Shown here: positions 27,211 to 39,390 of the stretch, piece after piece
Position numbering within the stretch: position 1 is the first letter of the stretch
Layout of the letters: every line of letters begins with the position of its first letter
Assembly (NCBI RefSeq): GCF_009914755.1
Contig: NC_060928.1
Source of the DNA: the human T2T-CHM13v2.0 reference genome, Homo sapiens
Reading direction: 5' to 3' (one strand)
DNA length: 64,000 bases
Program-made: the position numbers and the translations under genes
Notes under the pieces: generated by a model
Seen by the model: only the letters and a program-made list of their open reading frames with translations
Database searches by the model: none
Told to the model about the DNA's origin: nothing

Positions 27211-28831
27211 GGCAGGAATGGAGATTCTGTAATACAGGAATGGACAGATGTAAGCAATTTAGAAGAGGATTAATTCAAAGCAATCGGCTACAACCAGAGA
27301 AAGAAAAATTAGAAAGAGTAAAAGTTAACAAGATTTCAATTCAAGCAACCAGGAAATGTCATAAACAGTAGCAATTCAGCCAACTAGAAGAAGCTGGTTT
27401 AAGAAAAAAAAAAATTCAATTTGAAAAATTTTAAGTTGGAGTTCTGACAAGACATCCAATCCATATAAAGATGTAAATTAAGTAATTGTTAGTGTGGGAA
27501 TACTTCAGGAATAAGCTAAATTTTGCGGTCATCTTGATAGAGGCTGAAGATGAGGAATTCCTTGTCTATAGGAATAGGCAAGGTTATTCAGGAAGATAAT
27601 GAGGAATAAGAATAAAAATGTGAAGACACACTTGGAGGAACACCTAAAGCTTGCAGGCAAAGTGAAGAGACAGAGACTGAGAAAGGAATGGTCAATAACC
27701 ACAAAAACCATCTGGTTTTATGGCAGCAAAATACAGAGGTGATTTCATCACCACCTCTTCTTTTAGTTTGTTCTCCTGCTGCACCAACTTCGGTCAGAGA
27801 CCCCTAATATTTCATTGCCTTTGTGGTGACAGGATGCTGAGTAGGAGTCCCCTGTTGCTCCTGAGTAACACAGATGAGCTCCAAGAGTCACTAAATACAC
27901 AACATTGCCAAAAATCAGGAAAAGACGTCTTCTACCAGGTTCTTACTCAGAACTTGTAGAACCAGCCCTGCTATACTCCCAACAGGAAGTCATAGGCCAA
28001 AACCTTAGGATACTGCATAATCAACTTGAGCCTTTATGATATCTAGAGGAATAAACCACTGAAAAGGGAGAGAAGAAAGAGTTGAGGGATAAAGGTATTG
28101 ATTGATGAGCAAGGTCTTTGACTAATACCATTCTCTTTATTTAAAAAATAGACTGTGTGAAACAAGCAATTTGTTTTAAGCACTAACATGAGCAAGCGAA
28201 CTTGTTAAAGCATTTTTGGGAGGTCTAACTTAGACTCTTTAATGACAAGATCTCAAATATTTGGGCAAGAAGGAATGGATTTGATAACAATAAACCCAGG
28301 ACTCCTTATCCTACTGGACATTTTCATGAACTGTAAAGAGAGGATTGTGGTGGCAAAGGCTAATGTAAAAAATGAATATTTGCAGGTATATTTTATCTCC
28401 TCCTTTTCAGGTCAGAGGTTACTCCTTCTACGATGTCATATTCCACACAGTGTTAATCATAGTGTCATGTATATCATAAGTGCCCAGAAAAACTTTACAA
28501 ATCTATTAGCCTGTTATCTCAATTGATTTTGGGAGAAGCCTAGTGTTAGATAAAATTCACTAATTCATTGCAAAAATATTTGCTTAGCTTCCATGCCGAG
28601 AACTATTCTAGATCTTGGTACACCCTGATGAATAAAGCAGATGTCATCCTTACCCCATGGAGTATATAGAAGGAGTGAGGAGAAAGATATATAATTAGGA
28701 AATTATATACCAAATCGGGCAATAGGTTAGGATAGGTAACTTTGTAAACTGCTTCTTTGATTCCATCAGTCCATTCTAGATATATACTTTGTTCTCATCA
28801 AAAGGAAGAATATGAAAATAAGTTATAATCT

Positions 28832-29527
28832 CGTGGTAGATTGTATTAATGGCCCCCGTTCTTCACCACTACCAGTATCCATGCGCTTTATACCATGTGA
28901 CTGTGCAATTCCTCCTAGTAAAGAGAAAGAATATTTCTCTGCTCCTTGACTTCAGATTGATCCATGTGACATGCTTTGGCTAACATTTAGGTATAATGTG
29001 ACACCCTCCCATCAAAACATTGATGTGTTTTGATAGCACAACAGGGTGGCTATAGTCAATAATAACAACTGTACATTTTAAAATAAAGTAATTGGATTAT
29101 TTACAACTCAACGGATAAGTGCTTGAGGGGATAGATACTCCATTGTTTATGATGTGCTTATTTCAAATTCATGCCTGTATCAAAACATCTCATGTACCCC
29201 ATAAATATATACACCTCCTAGGTACCCACAAAAATTTTTAAAAATTAATATTAAAATAGACAAAAACAATTGATGTGCACATGTGTGACTGTCTTGCCTT
29301 CTTACATTTCTACCACAGCCAGGCCTAGCCCACTGGTCCCAGGAGGATGAAGAGAAGCACATTGAGCACAGTAGCCCTAGCCAGTTGCCGTAGATGAGCC
29401 CAATCTAGATCTGCTGACCTCCAGCTGACCCACAGACACATGAGCTTCATAAATGATTTTTATTTCATTGAAATACTGTGGTTGCTTGTTATGTTGCATT
29501 ATTATAGCAACAATTGACTGGATACAA
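28832..29527 (+). mobile_element. Old MaLR LTR (MLT1H-J group) interrupted by an L1 3' end
   Basis: GTGGTAGATTGTATTAATGGCCCC start; CCATGTGAC...TTTGGC; 3' end GTTGCTTGTTATGTTGCATTATTATAGCAA. Confidence 0.7.
29028..29262 (+). mobile_element. L1MA 3' end, 5'-truncated
   Basis: ACAACAGGGTGGCTATAGTCAATAATAA...CATGCCTGTATCAAAACATCTCATGTACCCCATAAATATATAC; TSD AAAACA(A)TTGATGTG (29014-29027 / 29263-29277). Confidence 0.88.
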
Positions 29528-31160
29528 CTTTATATCGACTTATCTTAATAGATCTTAATGTTCTGTTCATTTAATAGACGTGAATAGGCACTTCACATGT
29601 TGTAAAACACTGTAGTAGGATGTGCCTGGACATATAATTAGAAGTTCTAATTTCAAAAATGTAAGAAACTATAAAACCCAATAATATGAATTGTACAAAT
29701 GGGAGAACCAAGTTGAACATGAGTCAACTTCTCATTACTAGACTCACCGAAGTAAAGTCCACAACTCAGCCCTAAGACCTTACTAAAATGTACTCTTTCC
29801 CAGACTGTCATATTGAACAGATCATGACATACAGAAGCCAAGGAAAACAAAATTCATGTTTTACTGGGTCCCACATGCTGTGATATTTTCAAACCCACAT
29901 GCATCCACCAAGAAGCAGTCAAAATGTTTGATTCTGGAAACAAATCCATAACAAGAATAGAGTACAGAACAAAAATCAACTCAACAAGTCAACCCATATG
30001 TTTTTCATTTTCCTGTATTCTATGATGGAATTGAATGTGGTAAGTATACTTGGCTCCCAGTATAGGGACTTCCAGCTATTCTTTCTAATTTCATATTTAC
30101 AGAGCCCTGTGTTACCCTTTGTCCTGCCCCTGAAATAGCAACAGAAGCGAAGAAGGTAATTGACCAAAGAGTAAATGTTGTACTTTGCTAGTGTAGTGGT
30201 CTTGGAGTCATGCTCCATGCCTAATGCAAAGTTCTCTGTGCGCTGTACACAAGTGGCTGGGATGAGCCAAATAAAGATAATGTACATCCATTACGGGGAG
30301 ACGAGACCTCAGGCAATCACCATTGCAGTGTTGAAAGGAAATGCAATCAGACAGCCTTCCTTTCCTCTTTAAGTCTAAAGTAACATTTACAGATTTGTGC
30401 ACAGTTTGGATGCTCATTTAAAGTTTGGTATCTAAACAAAAAGGAGAAAGTTTTCCACATAGTTTATAGTGTATGAGAGAATAAATATAAAAATATCGTA
30501 TGCATTATAACATGCATATGTGAATGTGTGTATATATGTGTATATATGTATATATAAATGTTTGTAAACATATATGTTTACATAGAGAGTATATGTTAGA
30601 TGCATTTACTCTAATATAGCTGTATGCACAGATATAAATCATGTATCCTCAACTATATCTCTACCAGAATTCCATACAACAATCTGACAGCATTCTCCAC
30701 TTCAAATCTTTTCGAAGAAAGGTTTTATTTTTCATTTGTCCAGCTAAAATTTAGTGCAGCTCAGGGTAAAAAGAAGCCATTTCAAAACATTCTTCTGTGT
30801 GTTCAGAAGTAAGAACAGAGACTGTACTTCATCATACATATGTTACACTCCCAGACTATGTCTGTAGTGGATTTAACAGAAAGCTACAGTGCTCCTGAGC
30901 AACACAGAAAAATCAATCACCTGCAGAGACATTTTGATTATCAATGTGCAAATACTGAAAGGTATCAGAATTACTTTAGAGAGGCTAGTCTTTAACACAA
31001 TTATCAAGTAATGTTAAAATTCAAAGACTTTCAGACAAACAGTATTGCTATTTCTTGTTACTCATGGTCCATTTAGAATCTGTTTACCAGGTATATATTC
31101 CACAAACATATATTTATCAAACCATATGTTCAACAGTAAATATGTAAAGTCACAGGACAG

Positions 31161-31451
31161 GGCCAGTTGCAGTGGCTCACACCTGTAATCCCAGCATTTT
31201 GGGAGGCTAAGGTGGCAAGATCACTTGAGCTCAGGAGCTTGAGACCTGCCTGAGGAACATAGCAAGGCCTCATCTCTACTAAAAATAAAAAATAAAAAGA
31301 ATTAGCCAGGTGTGGCGGTGCATGCCTCTAATCCCAGCTACTCAGAAGGCTGAGGCAGGAGGATCATTTGAGCCCAGGAGGCCAAAGGTGCAGTGAGCTA
31401 TGATCACACCACTGCACTTCAGCCTGGGCAACAGAGAAAGACCCTGTCTCA
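31161..31451 (+). mobile_element. AluJ
   Basis: TCACTTGAGCTCAGGAG, GAGGATCATTTGAGCCCAGGAG, GACCCTGTCTC; TSD AGTCACAGGACA (31148-31159 / 31680-31691). Confidence 0.92.
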
Positions 31452-31679
31452 AGTATATATATATATTATATATATATTATATATAAAAATATATAATATA
31501 TATAATATATAATCTCTCCATTATATATAAAATATATATTATATATTATATATAAATATTATATATTATATATATTATATATAAATATTATATATTATAT
31601 ATATTATATATTATATATAAATATATATTATATAATATTTATATATAATATTATACATATATAAATAATAGAGAGAGAG
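31452..31679. repeat. Interrupted (TA)n / AT-only low-complexity block ending in (GA)n
   Basis: About 230 bp, almost purely A/T; lies inside the AluJ TSD pair. Confidence 0.95.
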
Positions 31680-32415
31680 AGTCACAGGACAATCTTTTTT
31701 AAATTTCACATTAAAATTTGCATGCTCTCATTGGGAATCATATAAATTTAAAAGCCTGTAACTTATTTTCATAGCACTAACATTATACAGGCTGTTTCTA
31801 AACCCTATTTCACTTAACATACCAAGCCAACACCTTACTCCAGAGTCTTTGAAATCAACTAATAATTTGTAAGACTCAATACTTGACAATATGCATGTAT
31901 GTATACCTGACTATTACAGATGGACGGTGACTGATTCAATAGATGAATAAGTTATTCATCCTCTCAAAACATTTTATATTCAATAAAATTAAGTAACTAA
32001 CAAGTACCAGTGGAATGCATGCTAGTGTAAACTAAGATGAATAATATACATGCAACTTTACTATGTTGTCAATATTACATTCACCCAACACATTTTCTCA
32101 TTCATCAAAACATATATCAAACAAGCTCTGCTTCTTTGTAACAGCAAGATTTTTTTTTATTATTCATGTCTTAAAAATAATTTTTTCTTGTACTTTTATA
32201 TCAATTGTTTGCTTTTACTTTGAACTTTTTTCATTATATCTTACCCCGGTCGTCTCAAAGATGAGCGTGTGGCTCTGGCCAATGATTCCTTCTTTCGTGG
32301 ACTTGTTAACCCAACACAAGACAGGCCAGGAGGGCCCTCTTTAGAAATAATTCATCTTTTCTTAGCTCCCTGAACAGTAAAGTCACCTTATTAACCACAT
32401 CAGACTCTGCATATT

Positions 32416-32419
<4 letters not shown>

Positions 32420-32456
<37 letters not shown>
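32420..32456. repeat. (CA)18 microsatellite
   Basis: Direct reading. Confidence 0.97.
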
Positions 32457-32458
<2 letters not shown>

Positions 32459-33438
32459 ATATGTAGCTATTAATGCTATGCATTAATCAAGAGAAAACCG
32501 ATGTTCAGAACACACTCCACTTTATCTCTCTGGCAGGCTTCTCAACATCTGATTTCAACTCTTTTTAAGTGTTCCAAAGGAACTTTATTAATACTGTAGA
32601 GAAAGACTCCTTTTACTCCCTTAAATTTACTGATAACCAGGTAAAACTCATTGAACAATCAAATCCTAGAGAAAGCCTCTTGAAAAGTCTGTAGAGGACA
32701 TCAAGGAAATGGAAGTCACACAACAGCAATAACACCCTGATTGCATTCTATGCTAGCTCTAGAGCCTCCCTTCTGAACAGACACAGCAAAGTGTTAATGA
32801 AAAATCTGTTTCAGCTGTGATGAGAAAAATATTTCAAAATCCATAAAATTGCTGCTTCTGTTATGCCCACACTTACAATGGTTTAAAATTTAAATCTTTA
32901 ATAATGCTACAAATGTCTGGGATGCTTTCCTGAAGACTTCTAATATGTACATTTGTGAAGAATCTCAGATTCATGAGATTAGTCTTGTGCTTGAAGCCAG
33001 GATAATACAGTACAGCTCTTCCTCTGAACACTAAACACTTCCCTGTACAGCATTTACAAATTGCAATTGGTTACTGAATCTAAATAAGACCCTATTGGGA
33101 TAGCAGGGAATATTTTAACATGGAGGTGCACAGGTAGAAGGAGATAAACTGTTAGTTTGAGATTTGATGGGTGCAGCCAAGTTCAGATCTTTTCTTCACT
33201 TTCTATTTCCTCCTTAAAGCACTTGACATTTTTTTTATAAGAATTACCTAGTATTTTTAAAGAATGCAAAGGATCTTTAGTCAACTCAAAGAAAAATGTT
33301 TTATAATTTTACTTATTAACACATTTCATTATTTCTGACTTTAATTTTAGAGTGATAATTGGCAAAATCTAATAGATCCCTGTCATGTCTTTATCACCAC
33401 GATGTGTACTTCTGGTACAGAATTGGAATTACATTTCT

Positions 33439-33571
33439 TTTGTTTTTCTTTTTCTAGAGACAGGATTTTGCCATGTTGCACGAGTTGGTTTCATACTCTG
33501 GGCTCAAGGGATCTGCCTGCCTTGGCCTTTGCAAGTGTTGGGATTATAGGCATAAGCCACCGTGCCCAGTC
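33439..33571 (-). mobile_element. FLAM / free left Alu monomer
   Basis: Single left monomer with T tail; 18-bp TSD AATTGGAATT(A/G)CATTTCT (33421-33438 / 33574-33591). Confidence 0.88.
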
Positions 33572-33798
33572 AAAATTGGAATTGCATTTCTGAAAACGGC
33601 ACTGTAAATACAAATGAGATCTATATTTAATCTTATTTGCCCCTGAGAAGCAAAGTTATGATATAGTATTATTTTCCAGAAAAAAAAAACTAATGCCTTT
33701 TTATAGAAATGAATACAAAGATTTTTAAAACAATACATGAATATAGTAATCCAAATAAGTATATATTTATAGTTGCCATCAGAGATATTTACAAACAC

Positions 33799-34158
33799 TA
33801 TGGTTAGCTCTCCTTCCTAGCATGGGTTAGGATTGTATTTCCCTAGCCCTTGGAAGCCAGCATGGTCATGGGACTTCATTTGGTCAACGAAGTCACTTGG
33901 GATTGGAAGCATTAAAAGGTAGTGTGTAATTTACCATGACTCTTGTCCTCTGCCAGGGTGACTGGAAATGCTCAAGAAGAAGCCTGCTCTCCTAGCCTGG
34001 GTACTAGAGTAAGAATAAACTGCAGCAAAAGCACCAGCTGACCTATTACATAATATACATGGACTGTCAGCAAGAAATACACCTTAGTTATTTTAAACTG
34101 CTGAGATTTCAGGACTGTGGGTTATCACAGAGTAACCTAGCTTAAACTAACTGACACA
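33799..34158 (+). mobile_element. Old MaLR LTR (MLT1J-like)
   Basis: CATGGTCATGGGACTTCATTTGGTCAA; 3' TTTAAACTGCTGAGATTTCAGG...TAACCTAGC...ACTGACACA. Confidence 0.7.
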
Positions 34159-34379
34159 CACCTTCTACATTAAAGTATAAAGCTTTGTAAGAGGCAGCTA
34201 AATCATCAAGTAACCAATCACACATTGTTGGCTTATTTTCAGGAGCAATATATGAAATGGTAACTTCCTTCCATTATTCACTTTCCATCTTCCATCGTCG
34301 AAGTCTTTCTCCAGCAGCTCCTTTCACACAACAATCAGATGTGCTCAAGCCTCACTGCTGGTGAGACACTTCCTTCAGT

Positions 34380-35270
34380 CTTTCCATGCCTAGGAGTTAA
34401 CTTCTTTTCACTGCCAGCATTTCTGAAAGCATAGTCTACAATCATTGCTCCACTTCCATTTTACCTCATGCATTCTGGCAATTTTATCAAAGAATTTTGA
34501 ATCACCAAATCCATGGCTCTTTGCTTTTTCAATTTTTCCTTCTTTTATTTCTGATATGGTATCATTTTGGTTCTCTCCTAACGTATCTTTTGTGGGGTTT
34601 TTTTGAGACAGTCTCTCTCGGTCGCCCAGGCTGGAATGCAATGGCACAATTTTGGTTCTCTGCAACCTCCGCCTCCTGGGTTCAAGTGATTCTCCTGCCT
34701 CAGCCTAGCTGGGACTGCATGTGTGCACCACCATGCCCTGCTGATTTTTTGTATTTTTAGTAGAGATGCGGTTTCGCCAGGTTGGGCAGGCTGGTCTCCA
34801 ACTCTTGAGCTCAAGTGATCTGCCCACCTTGGCCTCCCAAAGTGCTGGGATTACAGGCGTGAGCCACTGCACCCGGCCTCTCCTAACATGAATCTTCTAA
34901 GTCTCCTTTGTTAGTTCTTATTTCTCTATGTGTAAGTATGCCTCAAGGTCTTTTTCAGATCTTTCATCTCTTTTTCATTTCTCCCCAATAATCTCATTCA
35001 CTTGTATAGCTTCAGCCCTCACTGTCATGTATACATGATTCCCAAAACCCTCTATCCTAAATTTGTTTCCTGAGTATTAGGTTACTTGATATATATATCT
35101 CCTACCCATATCACTAGAACCACAAAAATCAACTTATATTTTTGAATATTTATTTCCCTCCTGTCCTTTCTTCATTGATATTCTCAACAAGTCTCAATAC
35201 ATCAATGTCATCTTCAATAATCTTATCTTCCTCACTAACCACATTCAATCAGTTCCCAAATCCTATCTCT
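34380..35270 (+). mobile_element. L2 fragment interrupted by an Alu
   Basis: TCACCAAATCCATGG, ATAATCTCATTCACT, CCACATTCAATCAGTTCCCAAATCCT L2-like motifs. Confidence 0.6.
34588..34878 (-). mobile_element. Alu (AluJb/Sz-like)
   Basis: Antisense dimer ending CACTGCACCCGGCC; TSD TCTCCTAAC... on both sides. Confidence 0.92.
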
Positions 35271-35374
35271 GTTCAGTACTAACTTAACACAAGACTGCTA
35301 TGAAAATATGAAGAAGGCTATCTTTTCTGTTGGTATGCACTTGGTCCAGTAATTTATGATAAAGAATAGAGTTT

Positions 35375-36845
35375 AATAGAAAATCAAATCCAATAATATA
35401 TTAAAAGAATTATACTCCACAACCAAGTGGGATTTATGCCAGGTATAAAAGACCAATTTGACATTTAAAAGTCAATTAATGAAATCCACCACACAACAGG
35501 CTAAGAAAGAAAAACAATACAGTCATATAAATAGATGCAGAAACAATATTTGACAAAATCCAACACCTATTCATTATAAAAACACACAGCAAACTAAGAA
35601 TAGAGGGTAACTTTCTCAACCAGAGAAAAAACACCTACAAACAACAAACTATTAACATCACACTTAATGGTGAGAAATTAAGAAGCTCTTTCTCTAAACT
35701 CAGGAGCAAGGCAAGAATGTCCCTTCCCACCACTTCTATTCAATATCACTGGAAGTCCTAACTAATACAATAAGACAAGGAAAGGATATAAGAGGCATAT
35801 AGACTGGGAAGGAAAACTTACAACTGTCTTTTCCACAGATTATATAATTGTTAACATAGAAAATCTGAAAAATCAACAAAAACTCCTGGAACTAATAAGC
35901 AATTATGGCAAGGTTGCAGGATATAAAGTTAAAATGCAAAGTCAACAGCTTTCTTGTATACCAGCAATGAACAATTAGAATTTGAAATTAAAAATAAAAA
36001 CCACTTATGTTACCACAAATTTAAAAGAAAGATACAAATCTAATAAAATATGTACAAAGTCTGCATCAGAGAAGCTACCAAACTGGTGAAAGACATCAAA
36101 GAACCAAATAAATGGAGAGATATTTCATGCTCCTGAACAGAAAACTCAATATCCTTAAGAAGTCAGTTCTTCCCAACTTGATTTATAGGTTCAATGCAAT
36201 CCCGATCAACTTCCCAGCAAGTTATTTTGTGAATACTGACAAACTAAATCTGAAGTTTATATGAAAGGGCCAAAGACCCAGAATAGTCAACACAATAATG
36301 AAGAACAAAATCAGAGGACTGATGCTACCCGACTTCAAAACTTACTATAAAGCCAGAGTTATCAAGACAATGTAGTACAGGCAAAAGAACAGACAAATGG
36401 GCCAAAGGAAAATAGCCTAGAAACGGGCCCACACAAATATAGCCAATTGATCATTGACAAATGAGCAATGGCAACTCAATGGAGAATGTTTTTTCAACAA
36501 ATAGTGCTGGCATGACTGGATATCCATATGCAAAAAAAAAAACAAAAATGAATCCAAACACAGACCTTACACCTTTCACAAAGCCTAACTCAAAATAGAT
36601 AACTGACCTGAATGCAAAATGCAACACTATAAAACTCCTAGAAAATAACACAGGAGAAAATCCATGTGATCTTGGATTTGGTCATGAATTTTTAGATACA
36701 AAACTGAAAGCACTATCCATAAAAGAAAAAACCAAAAACTTGGACTTCATAAAATAGTATGTAAATTAGTTTGTCAGTATTCACAAAAGACACTGTTAAG
36801 AGAATGAAGGGACAAGCCACATACTGGGAAAAATATTTACAAAAT
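35375..36845 (+). mobile_element. L1M ORF2 remnant (reverse transcriptase region onward), disrupted
   Basis: CAAGTGGGATTTATGCCAGG (QVGFIPG-like), GGAGCAAGGCAAGAATGTCCC...CCACTTCTATTCAATATC (GTRQGCPLSPLLFNI-like), CCCGACTTCAAAACTTACTATAAAGC (PDFKxYYKA); many stops and frameshifts. Confidence 0.92.
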
Positions 36846-37040
36846 AGATTATCTATCGATCAATTGATCATTCTATCTACAGATACATATCTATATTTTA
36901 TATATGTGTGTATACCTATATCTATAGAGATATCTAGCTATATGGAGATAATAATACTTTTGTAGATACATAGACATCTATATCTTATAAAGATAGATAA
37001 GTGGCGAGAGGGATATCTACATCTGTACAGATATATGGAT
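36846..37040. repeat. Decayed TATC/GATA-type low-complexity tract
   Basis: Repeated ATCTA/TAGAT words at the L1-HAL1 junction. Confidence 0.7.
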
Positions 37041-37129
37041 ATGTTGGAGAGGCAGCCAGGGGAGAGAAAGAGAGAAGCAGGAGGAAGGAGAGAATGAGAA
37101 TGAATAATAGCAGTAAAGGGGTGTAAAAA

Positions 37130-38370
37130 AAATCAAAGAAATAAAACCTTCTTCCCCCAAAAGTCCTAGAACTAGAGGATGTTGTAGATGGAAAAGTCCC
37201 TGGCCCCAGGTCCCACCTTCATGACTAAATAAAGACTCACACAAAACCATACCATACTGAAATTTCAGAAAATTGTAGTCAAAGGAAGCTTCACAAAATT
37301 ACAGATAGAAAAACAGGATGCATATGAGGGATAATCAGGATGGCATCAGAATTCTCAACTATAATAATGGAAAGCAGAAGACAAGACGAGCCATGCCTTC
37401 AAATTTTAAAACTAGAATGATTTCCAAAGTACAATTCTTTACTAACTAGACTAAAAATCAGATATGTCAACCAAACAAAGACATTTTTGGAAATGAGAGT
37501 TCTCAAAAACTTTACCTCTCATCTGCCCTTTCTCAGAAATTAAGAGCTGATGGAGTCCACCAAATCCAGAGCCTCCCCCAAAGAAGAAGAAATGGGACCC
37601 AGGAAGGAGGAAGGAGAAACAAAAGGAATTCACAGGATGATGCTGAGGGGAAGCTTCAGGAAAGCAATTTCTAAGGCCAGAGACCACCAGTCCAGAGGGA
37701 GAACTGAGAACTCCCGCAGGATGCCACCAAGAAAACAAACAAAAAGAATCCTACAGGTTGTCTGATTTTACCATAGTGATGAATTTGATAGCTTTAGCAG
37801 AGTATCTTAGGGTGAAATAAATAGTAAAGGGTGCATAGAAAAGTAAGAAAATAAATAAAAGTAAAGCAATGTTTAATTCCAAGGGAAAAATTTAATCATG
37901 GAACAATATGGCCCAATTGTGACAAATTTCCACTTAATTGTAATAAAATCAAATAATTATTTGTGGTTCAATAAACATCAGTGAATATTTTATTATGATT
38001 AAATAGAAATTTGCCACAGTTGGGTCATATTGTTCTATGATTACAGCTAGATTGAAAGGGCAGGGAAGATACACTTGTGTTTTGAGTGAAGCAACTGCAG
38101 GAATAACAGAATAAAATCTTCATCTATAAAAGCCAGCTATCAATGGAAAACTTATAATACACACTTTTTAAAATAAAAAAGTAGTTCTGCAAGCTTATTA
38201 TTAGAAATAGGAAGGTAAATAACAGAAACAGCAGCTAAATGATTTCAAGTTGTTGCTTCTATAAAACAGAAATTGAGGGTGGAGGGAAGGTGTGGTAGAA
38301 AAACACTCTTTTATCATAATCATCATGAGTTTTAAAACTATATACCTATATTAATGTCATTTAAAATTTC
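37130..38370 (+). mobile_element. HAL1 (half-L1)-like element: ORF1 C-terminal remnant plus 3' region
   Basis: ORF1-like ATCAGGATGGCATCAGAATTCTCA, GCCTTCAAATTTT and ACAAAGACATTTT...CTCAAAAACTTTACCTCTCAT, with no ORF2 following. Confidence 0.6.
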
Positions 38371-39390
38371 AAAGGAAAATATTATATCCTAAAGGATCCC
38401 AAAGTGGCTGGATTACTCCAACTTGAAATTTGACATTTTTATATAGGTTATCAGTTTCGCATTATAATTTGAGATAATAATTCTGAAAGACGTTGTATGA
38501 AGGAATCAGAAAAAGGCCACAACCAGAAAGCTCTTTTCCGCCCATGTCTTAGGAATAATTTGGAAAAAATGGCCTATATAATAGGCACACTCTTTTATTA
38601 CAGCCAGAAAAGCAAAATACAGTAATGGTTATTAACAAAACAAAAACAACTACCACCAGCAATAGTGTATTCAGATAATAATTTAAATATTACATTGAGA
38701 TTAAATGACCAATTATGCCATTTAAGGAAATAGAAACCATAAGGAACTTTTGTTTTATAGAAACAATCTGCTTACAGACACAGCATGACTACTTTGTTTC
38801 AACAACAGAAAGCAGGAAGAGATTTGATATTGTCTATCCTGCAAACGAAAACATTTTTTAAGGTATTTGAAAGAAATTTATTGTTAAAGGTGTTACAATA
38901 CCTACCAAAGACAAAAAAATGGAAAACACACACCCGGGACCCCAAAAATTATTCTTAGTACTCTGGGAAAATTCTCAATGGGAATTTTTATCATTACTCT
39001 GTCTTGCAGCTAAACGGCAGTTCTGATTCTACCATGGCTGATAAATTTGATTTTGTACTATAGAGTAGATAAGTAAATTCGCAATGCTTCCACAAAACTT
39101 TACTATCTTAGTGTGTGTGTTACCACTGTGTGATTGTTCCAATATAAAATATTAAGGAGCATGGCAAAAAGTGTTGAACTTATCTTTGCCCTTATAAGAA
39201 ATACATAATTCATTATCGTAATGGTTCAGCTACATCATGTGTCTCCACTGAATTATGGAAAATCTGTTAGAGAACATGCATTCATCAGCAATATTATCCA
39301 GAAAGCATGCTGAATAACATTGAGCTCTAAAACAATCATAGAGTTGATACATATCTTAAAATAGATTAAATATTTTCCACAGTATGTTTC

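Larger units (their letters stand above)
25950..27700 (-). mobile_element. L2 fragment split by MLT1B/AluY
   Basis: Antisense L2-like ATTTGAGCTGAGTCTTGAAGG and GCTAGAATACAGGG on the left; L2-like sequence resumes after 27215. Confidence 0.55.

Noticed and set aside
29976-30287. 103-aa - strand ORF as an alternative first coding exon
   Set aside because: No recognisable homology or promoter features; the length is compatible with chance.
35375-36845. Functional reverse transcriptase
   Set aside because: L1 ORF2 remnant with many stops and frameshifts, a degraded FADD motif, and both ends missing.
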